DNA from: Macrostomum lignano
Lineage: Eukaryota
Length of the DNA stretch: 61,140 nt
Reading direction: 5' to 3'
Assembly: GCA_002269645.1 (NCBI GenBank)
Contig: NIVC01004085.1
Location: 1 to 61,140 of the forward strand
A program made the translations under genes and the position numbers. Under the pieces are notes generated by a model. That model saw only the letters and a program-made list of their open reading frames with translations, was not told the DNA's origin and did not search any database. This document shows, one piece after another, positions 10,901 through 20,817 of the stretch (the stretch's first letter is position 1; every line of letters begins with the position of its first letter).

Positions 10901-13900
10901 GACCCCAAGACACTTGACTTGCTTACGGAAGGGGATTTCCTGTCCGTAGAGCGTGAGATGGCGGAATTGCCATTTCGTCCTGCTGGTGAACATGACCACA
11001 GCGGTCTTATCTCACTTCCCGTCTCAATAGTCCATATTTTGTCAGCGGATTATTTCACTTCCGTTTTTTAATTATCCATGTCTATCCGTGGATTATCTTA
11101 TTTCCAGTTCTCAAAATCCGATTTTATCGCAGGCCTCATCAGACGCGGACGCCAAGAACCAGTCGCAGATCAACGACTCCCTATTGTCAGTCGGGCAGGC
11201 TGACGACAATGAAAATGTCGACCCGGCTATCGCGCACGATCTGGACGATGACGCCGATTTGAACAATTTCGGCGACGACAACGCGGCCGCTTACGACGCG
11301 GATCAGCAGCAGGACCCTGTCGGCGGACTGACGGCAGTTGATCAGCCATTTGCCGATGCCTTCACGCAGGCTGTGGGGCAGGCTACTCAACTGCCGTTGT
11401 CTCAGGTGCCTGGATCGCAGCAGCTGCAGCCGATGCAGGCCCCCTATAAGGTGCGATTTTGTTCAAACATTCAGTCTTCTAAGTTCCTAGGATGTTCCGT
11501 CATCCTTAGATCCCAGAGTGTCCTCAGATCCCAGAGTGTTCTCAGATTCCAGAGTGTCCTCAGATCCCAGAGTGTCCTCAGATTCCAGAGTGTTCTCAGA
11601 TCCCATAGTGTCTTCAGATCCCAGAGTGTCCTCAGATCCCATAGTGTCCTCAGATCCCAGAGTGTCCTCAGATCCCAGAGTGTCCTTAGATCCCAGAGTG
11701 TCCTCAGATCCCAGAGTGTCCTCAGATCCCAGAGTGTCCTCAGATCCCAGAGTGTCCTCAGATCCCAGAGTGTTCTCAGATCCCATAGTGTCCTCAGATC
11801 CCACAGTGTCCTCAGATCCCATAGTGTCCTCAGATCACAGAGTGTCCTCAGATCCCATAGTGTCCTCAGATCCCAGAGTGTTCTCAGATCCCAGAGTGTC
11901 CTCAGATTCCAGAGTGTCCTCAGATCCCATAGTGTCCTCAGATCCCATAGTGTCCTCAGATCCCATAGTGTCCTCAGATCACAGAGTGTCCTCAGATCCC
12001 ATAGTGTCCTTAGATCCCAGAGTGTCCTCAGATCCCACAGTGTCCTCAGATCCCATAGTGTCCTTAGATCCCAGAGTGTTCTCAGATCCCAGAGTGTCCT
12101 CAGATTCCAGAGTGTCCTCAGATCCCATAGTGTCCTCAGATCCCATAGTGTCCTCAGATCCCATAGTGTCCTCAGATCACAGAGTGTCCTCAGATCCCAT
12201 AGTGTCCTCAGATCCCAGAGTGTCCTCAGATTCCAGAGTGTTCTCAGATCCCATAGTGCCCTCAGATCCCAGAGTGTCCTCAGATCCCAGAGTGTCCTCA
12301 GATCCCATAGTGTCCTCAGATCACAGAGTGTCCTCAGATCCCATAGTGTCTTCAGATCCCAGAGTGTCCTCAGATCCCATAGTGTCCTCAGATCCCAGAG
12401 TGTCCTCAGATCCCAGAGTGTCCTTAGATCCCAGAGTGTCCTCAGATCCCAGAGTGTCCTCAGATCCCAGAGTGTCCTCAGATCCCAGAGTGTCCTCAGA
12501 TCCCAGAGTGTTCTCAGATCCCATAGTGTCCTCAGATCCCACAGTGTCCTCAGATCCCATAGTGTCCTTAGATCCCAGAGTGTTCTCAGATCCCAGAGTG
12601 TCCTCAGATTCCAGAGTGTCCTCAGATCCCATAGTGTCCTCAGATCCCATAGTGTCCTCAGATCCCATAGTGTCCTCAGATCACAGAGTGTCCTCAGATC
12701 CCAGAGTGTCCTCAGATCCCAGAGTGTCCTTAGATCCCAGAGTGTCCTCAGATCCCATAGTGTCCTCAGATCACAGAGTGTCCTCAGATCACAGTGTGTC
12801 CTCAGATCCCAAATTGTAATGATACGAGCGTATTCTAAATTTCATTTTACTGCAACTATTTCAATATCCTTAAATGCCTTCTCCCATTACAACAAAACAC
12901 AGGTGAACCAATTGGACATTGCCTACGCTAAAACTGCCAAGCGGATCAACATCAGCCGCCTCAAGCGGTCAATGTGGCAATTGCTAGAAACTGACGGCGG
13001 TCCCGCCTCTGCTGTCACAGCCATGGAAGTGTGCAGCCAGGACGACTCTTCAACTCGTCGAAACAGTCAAGAAGATGACGAAATTGTTGGCAACAACGAT
13101 GCAAATAATGAGGCATTGTTTAATGGCGAAAGATCATTTGCCAGATTGTTGCAACAATTGCCGCCGAAAGTTGGCGCAACCACTGCTCAGGATCTGTCTG
13201 TGTCTATTGTATTCAGCTGTCTGTTGTACCTGGCTAATGAGAAGGTTAGTATTGATTGCATGTGTTTTATTCTACTGTAAGTAGTATACAAGACTAACAA
13301 ACGCATCTCACTTCCGGTCTCAATAATCCATATTTTCGGCGGATTATCTCACTTCCGGTCTTAATTATCCATATTTCTCAGCTTATTATCTCACTTCCGG
13401 TCTTAATCACCAATACTTGGAGCGGATTATCTCACTTCCAATCTTAATCATCCATATTTTGAGTGGATTATCTTACTTCCGGTCTCAATTATCCATATTT
13501 TTCAGCGGATTATCTCACTTCAGTTTTTTAATTATCCATGTCTTACCGTGTACTATCTTATTTCCAGTTCTCAAAATCCGATTTCATCGCGTGTCCTCAG
13601 ATCCCAGAGTGTCCTCAGATCCCAGAGTGTCCTCAGATCCCAGAGTGTCGTCAGATCCCAGAGTGTCGTCAGATCCCAGAGTGTCCTCAGATCCCAGAGT
13701 GTCGTCAGATCCCAGTTTCCTCAGATCCCAGTGTCCTCAGACCCCAGTGTCCTCAGATCCCAGTGTCCTCAGACCCCAGTGTCCTCAGATCCCAGTGTCC
13801 TCAGATCCCAGTGTCCTCAGATCCCAAACAAATAAAAACATTATTCCATTTGCCAGACCCTGCACCTAACTAGCAGTGAGAACCTGTCGGACATGAGCAT

Positions 13901-14066
13901 AACACACGGCCTGCCAAAACACGAAGTCGATCTCAGAGTGGCTTTAAACCCGCGATTGAAACAACAGCAGCAACAACAACAATCGAGCGAGCAGGCAAAA
14001 CGCAAGCGTCAGACCACCATCCAGGAGCTGTGGGGGGCGGACAGCGATGAAGACGAGGATTTGTAA
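1541..14066 (+). CDS. NCAPH: Condensin complex subunit 2 (kleisin, Barren/Cnd2); spliced model 1541-1870, 2587-3504, 8080-8638, 11133-11450, 12903-13244, 13857-14066
   Basis: Recognisable kleisin motifs: [117 protein letters not shown] junctions have matching phases. Exon 2 has two frame discontinuities. Confidence 0.92.
1912..2500. repeat. Minisatellite of ~27-33 bp (CCCAGATCCTCAGTTGCTGGGCCAGCCT) filling NCAPH intron 1
   Basis: Visible tandem array between the donor at 1871 and the acceptor at 2586. Confidence 0.93.
2587..3504 (+). CDS. NCAPH: NCAPH exon 2, with frame changes near 2705 and near 3225-3275
   Basis: [13 protein letters not shown]... in one frame, the acidic linker and DPLF motif in the next, and the final frame ends at TT|gtaagt (phase 2), matching the exon 3 acceptor. 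Confidence 0.8.
3569..3840 (+). mobile_element. tRNA-derived SINE with a CORE/MIR-like central domain
   Basis: A-box/B-box-like head (GAGTTCGATTCC) followed by CCTTGACCAAGACACTTCACTCTGCATTGCTTCAGTTCACCCAGCTGTAAAATGGG, resembling the MIR core; four homologous copies in the window. Confidence 0.85.
3940..4330. repeat. Degenerate ~21-bp repeat built on TTCTTAGAAA
   Basis: Recurrent (GA)TTCTTAGAAA motifs; same family as 7812-8040. Confidence 0.7.
4600..5905. repeat. CT-rich low-complexity polypyrimidine tract including (CT)n
   Basis: Almost entirely C/T; the 472-aa L/S/P ORF here is a compositional artefact. Confidence 0.95.
6320..6945. repeat. Degenerate direct duplication (~6320-6440 vs ~6830-6945)
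   Basis: Both segments share GCTTACAGTTTCTGTTCTGGT...ACAGAGTTGAGACTTTATA and the preceding GGGGAATGAGT...GAGCGGC. Confidence 0.75.
6975..7492 (+). mobile_element. Possible non-autonomous Helentron/DINE-1-like element (3' part)
   Basis: AAGTTTGGTGTCATTTAGTTAAGCGGTTT motif, then a (CAGA)n microsatellite, then a TTTTATATGTAGAGAT end, which is the layout typical of HINE-type elements. The 5' boundary is uncertain. Confidence 0.4.
7493..7807 (-). mobile_element. tRNA-derived CORE-type SINE with an AT-rich tail
   Basis: Reverse complement matches the 3569 and 19868 copies from head (TAGCCTAGTGGTCAGAGCGTCGGACTCACGAC) to tail. Confidence 0.88.
7812..8040. repeat. 21-bp tandem repeat (ATTATCTGATTCTTAGAAACA(T/C)GA family)
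   Basis: About 9 visible tandem copies just upstream of the exon 3 acceptor. Confidence 0.9.
8080..8638 (+). CDS. NCAPH: NCAPH exon 3
   Basis: ccgcag|C acceptor (phase 2), open frame including [19 protein letters not shown]|gtgagt donor (phase 0). Confidence 0.8.
8660..9500. repeat. 40-42-bp minisatellite (TCAGTGGATTATCTCACTTCCGGTCTCTATTATCCATATTTT) in NCAPH intron 3; resumes at 11007-11110 after the LINE
   Basis: About 20 visible tandem copies. Confidence 0.95.
9501..11006 (-). mobile_element. 5'-truncated, degenerate non-LTR retrotransposon (R1/LOA-like, I group): RT C-terminus, RNase H and Cys/His tail
   Basis: Minus-strand ORFs give [67 protein letters not shown] and [17 protein letters not shown]. 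The 3' tail is TAAG-like, and the TSD TTATCTC lies at 9494-9500 and 11007-11013. Confidence 0.9.
11133..11450 (+). CDS. NCAPH: NCAPH exon 4
   Basis: atcgcag|GCC acceptor, acidic D-rich region ending APYK|gtgcga, phase 0-0. Confidence 0.85.
11490..12812. repeat. 18-bp minisatellite (CTCAGATCCCAGAGTGTC) in NCAPH intron 4
   Basis: About 73 visible tandem copies. Confidence 0.97.
12903..13244 (+). CDS. NCAPH: NCAPH exon 5 (C-terminal winged-helix region)
   Basis: acacag|GTG acceptor; [14 protein letters not shown]...LLYLANEK|gttagt. Confidence 0.92.
13305..13826. repeat. NCAPH intron 5: copies of the 42-bp repeat (13305-13560) followed by 18/16-bp CTCAGATCCCAG(A)GTGTC repeats (13590-13826)
   Basis: Direct sequence match to the arrays in introns 3 and 4. 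Confidence 0.9.
13857..14066 (+). CDS. NCAPH: NCAPH terminal exon
   Basis: ttgccag|ACC; [15 protein letters not shown]...DEDEDL*, with the stop TAA at 14064-14066. Confidence 0.85.
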   Translation, partial: TLHLTSSENLSDMSITHGLPKHEVDLRVALNPRLKQQQQQQQSSEQAKRKRQTTIQELWGADSDEDEDL

Positions 14067-14315
14067 TTAAAATGTAATATTATATCACTGACTATTGTTA
14101 TTCTAGTTTTTTTCCAGTTTTTTCTCATTTATTCTGGTGCATGTAGCTGGTATTTTTGCACTATACTCATCATTGTATATTTCATAGGGAAGTGTTTTTT
14201 GTATTTATGGGACTGGCATGGAATATATATCTGTTTACCTTGTTTATCGTCTTGTGTTGTTCTGTACAATATCTTTTTTGTGTGTATTTCCCTGTCTAAC
14301 TCTTCAAATTAAGAT

Positions 14316-16236
14316 GGTGAGGTCATTACCAACCCAATGACCATTAGGTGAGGTCATTACCAACCCAATGACCATTAGGCGAGGTCATTACCAACCCAAT
14401 GACCATTAGGCGAGGTCATTACCAACCCAATGACCATTAGGTGAGATCATTACCATCCCAATGACCATTAGGTGAGGTCATTACCATCCCAATGACCATT
14501 AGGCGAGGTCATTACCAACCCAATGACCATTAGGCGAGGTCATTACCAACCCAATGACCATTAGGTGAGATCATTACCAACCCAATGACCATTAGGCGAG
14601 GTCATTACCAACCCAATGACCATTAGGTGAGATCATTACCATCCCAATGACCATTAGGTGAGGTCATTACCATCCCAATGACCATTAGGCGAGGTCATTA
14701 CCAACCCAATGACCATTAGGCGAGGTCATTACCAACCCAATGACCATTAGGTGAGATCATTACCAACCCAATGACCATTAGGCGAGGTCATTACCAACCC
14801 AATGACCATTAGGTGAGATCATTACCACCCGAATGACCATTAGGTGAGATCATTACCACCCGAATGACCATTAGGTAAGGTCATTACCACCCGAATGCCA
14901 TTAGGCGAGGTCATTACCATCCCAATGACCATTAGGCGAGGTCATTACCATCCCAATGACCATTAGGCGAGGTCATTACCATCCCAATGACCATTAGGCG
15001 AGGTCATTACCAACCCAATGACCATTAGGTGAGATCATTACCACCCGAATGACCATTAGGTGAGATCATTACCACCCGAATGACCATTAGGTGAGATCAT
15101 TACCACCCGAATGACCATTAGGTAAAGTCATTACCACATCCCAATGACCATTAGGCGAGGTCATTACCATCCCAATGACCATTAGGCGAGGTCATTACCA
15201 TCCCAATGACCATTAGGCGAGGTCATTACCAACCCAATGACCATTAGGTGAGATCATTACCACCCGAATGACCATTAGGTGAGATCATTACCACCCGAAT
15301 GACCATTAGGTGAGATCATTACCACCCGAATGACCATTAGGTAAGGTCATTACCATCCCAATGACCATTAGGCGAGGTCATTACCATCCCAATGACCATT
15401 AGGCGAGGTCATTACCATCCCAATGATCATTAGGCGAGGTCATTACCAACCCAATGACCATTAGGTGAGATCATTACCACCCGAATGACCATTAGGTGAG
15501 ATCATTACCACCCGAATGATCATTAGGTGAGATCATTACCAACCCAATGACCATTAGGTAAGGTCATTACCAACCCAATGACCATTAGGTGAGATCATTA
15601 CCACCCGAATGACCATTAGGTGAGATCATTACCACCCGAATGACCATTAGGCGAGGTCATTACCACCCGAATGACCATTAGGTAAGGTCATTACCACCCG
15701 AATGCCATTAGGCGAGGTCATTACCATCCCAATGACCATTAGGCGAGGTCATTACCATCCCAATGACCATTAGGCGAGGTCATTACCATCCCAATGACCA
15801 TTAGGCGAGGTCATTACCAACCCAATGACCATTAGGTGAGATCATTACCACCCGAATGACCATTAGGTAAGGTCATTACCACCCGAATGACCATTAGGTG
15901 AGATCATTACCACCCGAATGACCATTAGGTAAGGTCATTACCATCCCAATGACCATTAGGCGAGGTCATTACCAACCCAATGACCATTAGGTGAGATCAT
16001 TACCACCCGAATGACCTTTAGGTGAGATCATTACCACCCGAATGACCATTAGGTGAGATCATTACCACCCGATTGACCATTAGGTAAGGTCATTACCACC
16101 CGAATGACCATTAGGCGAGGTCATTACCATCCCAATGACAAGTAGGTGAGGTCATTACCAACCCAATGACAAGTAGGTGAGGTCATTACCAACCCAATGA
16201 CAAGTAGGTGAGGTCATTACCAACCCTATGACCAGT
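14316..16236. repeat. 31-bp satellite (GGTGAGGTCATTACCAACCCAATGACCATTA), ~60 copies
   Basis: Visible tandem array with an internal inverted repeat GGTCATT/AATGACC. Confidence 0.97.
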
Positions 16237-16876
16237 GGGAGATGATGTCAAACATGTCAAATCGTTTATTATTCTCAAATTTAGTCAAATTTATGTTTAG
16301 GTTTTTGTCAAATACTTAGTCATAATTTCAGTCTGCAGTTGATAAAAAACTATTTTTATAGTTTAAGCTTTTTGTAACTTTTTTTCTAATTGCATTTTCA
16401 ATTACCATTTTCCTACTTTTTTTCGTGTAGCTGGTGCTGCAAATATTTTGCTAACTGTATTCAATAATCTTCATAGTAATGTTAGTCGAATTTTATTTTG
16501 CTCAATTATTATTAAACAGTTTACACGCTAATTTGTAGATACTTTCTTGTGCAAAAATGGCTAATGTATGATTAATATATATGCACATTTTATTTTAGTA
16601 ATTATTATTAGTGTAACTTATCAATTATAAGTTGAAACTTTACCAAATAAAAGTGCAACGAAGTCTCAATGAATTTGCGTTTGTGTTTCCGGTAAAATCA
16701 GTTAATAACTTGTTGCTTCATTTTTGTAAATAAATAGCCGCTTGAACTGCCCTGCAAAGTAACCTTAAGTCTAAATATGCCCCGTAAAATAAGATATTCA
16801 TTGAGCTTCTCGTTTAGAAAGTTAAAATTCTATGTTAATTTTTTTAGTCTGCGTACATTCCATGTACCTAAAAAAT

Positions 16877-17013
16877 CATAAAAATGCATAGCAAGGCTCG
16901 GTTCATTGGCTTTATCTATTTTATTATCTTTGTTACACATATCGTTACACAGTACACTAAGAATTACAAAATAGTTTCTTAAAACCAATAAGCCGAGCCG
17001 TGCCATTTTTATG
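16877..17013. mobile_element. Short element with imperfect ~35-bp terminal inverted repeats (MITE-like)
   Basis: CATAAAAATG...GCAAGGCTCGGTTCATTGG pairs with CCAATAAGCCGAGCCGTGC-CATTTTTATG. Confidence 0.45.
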
Positions 17014-17572
17014 ACTATTAAGCCAGTACAAGTGCAGTTGTACGTAGAATAAAAATAAACATGGTTTGCTTAACAAAAAATCTTTATGAATATCAATAGA
17101 GCAATAAGAAACGCAAAACATATCAAAATATGATTATTGGGTCTGCCTCCTGTCGAAAGCAATGACAGTTTTTTGTGCTGAAAAAGAAAATTTTCTTTCT
17201 CCGTAGTGTATTTCTTAGAAAAAAACCGGCCTCCTAAAATTTTCCAGGAAACGTAGTTTCCCTTCTTACTTGAGCAGTGTTTGTTAACGGCTTTAAAGGC
17301 CAAACCCCAAGGCACGGTAAAGTGTACATGCCTAACGATAAATATAGTGAGGGCCGCTGTAACACTCCTGTGTGAGTGTGTGCCTGTGCGTATGACTGCG
17401 CGTACGTATCCGCGCGCTTGTGTGTGTGCTAAAAGTCATGTTTCTGTAAATTTATGGATTAATTTATTATCTTCACCTTTCAGATCAACATCTGATCAGA
17501 ATTTGAAATCTACATACACCAGTAGTTAGTTGCGAGCATTGCAGTTAAAAAAAGCATACAACTACACTAAAA

Positions 17573-18280
17573 ATGGTTTCAATTGACAGTCTGGTCAAAG
17601 GCCTGGACAGAGACGATCTCCGCTACCTAAGCAGCTATCAAACCAAGCCGTTTCGCCTATTTAAATCCGATTGCCTCGCAAAACTGTCGCCTGACATAAT
17701 GCCAATTACTAAGCGTAGCGAAGTGAATCGTGCCAAAATACGTTGGTCCTCAATGAGCATTGAACAGAAGCTGTACTATTGTCAGAGAGCTGATTGCTTT
17801 CATTCGCGTACTAAATTGACTATTATTAGGCGGTGCAAATTCCCAGGCCCGCTGGATTTGGCTGCTGAATCTGCTACTACATCAACTGCGAACAAGTGTC
17901 AAGCAATTACTCCTAGGATTAAATTGTTGAAATCTGTCACCTCGACTGCTGACAACGCTGCGTTGTCGGTTGTTGATGCTAATAACAATAATTTAGTTGT
18001 GTCTAACAGTGCCGCATCGACTTGCGTGCCTAACTATTTCAATTATTATTGGTCTCCGACACAAGTTTTGTACTTTGGACTGCCGGCACCAATGCTGTTT
18101 GATCCTCGACAGCAGTTATCATTGCTGCACCCGATGCTGCAGCAGCAGCAGCAGCTGACTCCGGCAATGATGGCGGCACAGTCTTACTATCGCGGATTAA
18201 CAACTGGACCGACAGCAGCCATTGGAGGGCACCAAATGCTGCCATTTTTTGTCGGAAATAGTGCTAACCAGTCTGGATAA
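17573..18280 (+). CDS. Single-exon 235-aa protein with a divergent HMG-box-like N-terminus and a Q/P-rich C-terminus
   Basis: KPFRLFKSDC...P...SEVNRAKIRWSSMSIEQKLYYCQRA fits the HMG-box pattern (F..F...W..(L/M)S.E.K..Y...A). AAAAATGG start context, with an acceptor-like ttcacctttcag at 17483 upstream. Confidence 0.55.
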   Translation: MVSIDSLVKGLDRDDLRYLSSYQTKPFRLFKSDCLAKLSPDIMPITKRSEVNRAKIRWSSMSIEQKLYYCQRADCFHSRTKLTIIRRCKFPGPLDLAAESATTSTANKCQAITPRIKLLKSVTSTADNAALSVVDANNNNLVVSNSAASTCVPNYFNYYWSPTQVLYFGLPAPMLFDPRQQLSLLHPMLQQQQQLTPAMMAAQSYYRGLTTGPTAAIGGHQMLPFFVGNSANQSG

Positions 18281-18739
18281 ATTGCAAAACGGAAAGTTCC
18301 TTTTCAAATTATCAGTTTACCGGGCATTTTAATAAATAATAACAAGATTGCAGGAAGCAGCCGACAAATTTATTGGTTTTATAATATTTTCAGTAATCAC
18401 TGCCGAATCTTGTGTACGTGTTTTTAACGAAATCCGTCAGCTTTATCGAATTTACAAGTTCTGTTTTTTTTCACATATGTTGTTGTGTGTTGATTCAGCT
18501 GTTGTGCAGTTTTTTTCTAGCTTTTTTTGCTTTTACGAGTATTTACAGATACTAGAATAGCTGAATAAGTCGCCCGTAATTAATGCTATGAAAAGCAGAG
18601 TGTCTACCCTTTTTCAGTAGGTTTTCTGCGTAGTCTCGCTTAAATTTTATTTGGCAGCTAAAATTTCCTTTCCTTTGGGATTTGCGGCCTCAGGGCATAA
18701 GAATGAACAGCAATCATGTAACTCGATGTACAAATAAAC

Positions 18740-19160
18740 ATAAGACGGGGGAGCAGGTCCAATCTACGAGTAGCTCAGCCAATGAGAGAGCAATAAGGAA
18801 GAGAGGGCAAAGTCAGACGGACAAAGCTGAACCTCAACCTAGGGGACAGGCCTAATCTAGCTCAGCCAATGAGAGAGCAGTAAGGAGAGGTCAAAGTCAG
18901 ACAGACTGACGGAGCTCAGCCCAGCGGGCTGGCCCAATCTGGCTCAGCCAATGAGAGAGGACAAAGTTAGACGGACGAAACTCAGCCCAGCGGGCAGGCC
19001 CAATCTGGCTCAGCCAATGAGAGAACAGTAGGGAGAGAGGGCAAAGTCAGACGGACGAAGCTCCAGCCTAGGGAGCAGGCCCAAGTTAGCTCAGCCAATG
19101 AGAGAGCAGTAGGGAGAGAGGTCAAAGTCAGACCAACTCAAGCGGGCTAGAGGAAAGCCA
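18740..19160. repeat. Degenerate ~65-87-bp tandem repeat; each unit contains GCTCAGCCAATGAGAGAG
   Basis: CCAAT cores at about 18779, 18866, 18948, 19014 and 19095. Confidence 0.85.
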
Positions 19161-19867
19161 AACCGTTTATAGGCCTGGCTGGGCTGGGGGCTAGAGCGCC
19201 ACCTTGCTATGCACACACAGGATTTTGGCTTTTTAAGTTTTACTGCATATTTCAGTCTTATGTTTATTTTTAAATAATTTTCAGTCAGATTTAATTTTGC
19301 TAATATAAAGACAAAAAATGCTAACTTTGCTACTGAAAAAGAGTAGATAAGCGGAGGTAATTTAGTTAATCTGGTATCTGTGCTTTTATCTGAAAACAAT
19401 TTCCTGCAATTCGCGCGCTCAGTTGTTTTTAATTAATTTTGGCTTCCATCCACCGAAGACGCTTCCATCCTTATTTTGTCCCAATTTTTTCTTGCCATTT
19501 TTTGGCAGAAATACACTTCGCAATATCATAAAATTAATATTCTTGCTACTTTTCTCTGTTTTCTTAAGAAAAATTAAATATAAAGTTGCTAGATTTTGTC
19601 TTCAACATTTTTTCGAAAATATTATAATAGAAATAGCTATATCATCGACATGCTTGTTGGTAACTGTGATAGGGTGATTGGTCAAGGTCAAACTGATCAA
19701 TTATATCAAATACAGTACTAACATCTCCACCCTACCCTTTACACTATCGAGCCTCTTTGGCGCACAAAATTTGACAATTGTTTCATAACCATTTTCCAAA
19801 ATTAATAGAGGACAAGGGGACAAGTTCCATGTTAAGTTAATTCTGATTGCTTGTAAGAAGGCGTAGA

Positions 19868-20140
19868 GGGGGTTGTAGCCTAGTGGTTAGAGCGTCGGAC
19901 TCACGACTTATAGGTAGGGGGCTCGATTCCCTATCTCACTCGGAACAACTTGCGTCCTTGAGCAAGACACTTAACTCTGCATTGCTTCAGTTCACCCAGC
20001 TGTAAAATGGGTGCCAGCATTAGCTGGGGGTAATTGAGGGTGTGTGGCGACCCCCCAGTCCTTGGACTGAACAGCCGTACGCGCATCCTTCGGCTGAGCT
20101 GTCGGTTGCACATCTGGCCCAATTGGGGCAGGCATAATCA
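19868..20140 (+). mobile_element. tRNA-derived CORE-type SINE
   Basis: GGGGTTGTAGCCTAGTGGTTAGAGCGTCGGACTCACGAC head, core domain, and a tail shared with the 7493 copy. Confidence 0.88.
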
Positions 20141-20817
20141 ATTATAATTTTTGCTTTTTTAGTTATAGTTATCGAAATATCAAATTTTCACAAATAAAGC
20201 TTTGCTTGCATCATCGGAACACAATGAATCTGGCGAAACCAAAAGTTTCTAAGAAATATACGTCCTACTTGAGTCGTCCAATCGTCCAATGCTCTAGATA
20301 GGCTGTAATCGTAGCCTCGTGCATGTGTATGTGCGCTGTGCTTGCTTGTTTCCCAAACCCTGAGGGACTTCGCGGATGCAAGACATGACAGACAATCGTT
20401 ATTTATTAGCGGACAAGGCGATGCGCATATCCATGAGAGCTCACGCTTCGTTGAGCAGCTCTGTATCTCGAGCTGCTGCTGTGTTCGGGTCTTCCAATCA
20501 TACGCTTGACTTGACAGCTCTGTATTGAAGTGTCCTGACCGAAGTAAGCTGCCCTGTGCTTGCATATTCTCCCCTATGTGTGTGTTTTGGTTGGAGCAGG
20601 AGGGGTTGTGTCTAACGGAGCTTCACCAGGTTATGAATTACAACAAGTTAATGGAATCTGGTAGACATCGTAGAGCCCGTTATGTACATGTAGTAGCTTA
20701 GCTATTTTTAGCTGTCAGTAATTACATGTAAATAGCTGCCATTACTTATTTGAAATCAAACATTATTGTCCTCCACTTCGTATGTGCAAGTGTTCATTTT
20801 TGTACGCGTGTGGTAAT

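Noticed and set aside
11088-13280. A single 730-aa protein as listed in the ORF track
   Set aside because: It is NCAPH exons 4 and 5 plus the intervening GT-AG intron; retention is kept only as a hypothesis.
14316-16236. CRISPR-like array of palindromic ~31-bp repeats
   Set aside because: Units are contiguous with no unique spacers, there are no cas genes, and the context is eukaryotic.
19868-19940. tRNA gene (also at 3569, 7807 and 57166)
   Set aside because: A/B boxes are present, but there is no complete cloverleaf or acceptor stem and each continues into a shared SINE body.
20190-20600. Possible solo LTR or 125-aa minus-strand gene
   Set aside because: No clear TG...CA ends, TSD or protein motif could be supported by eye.
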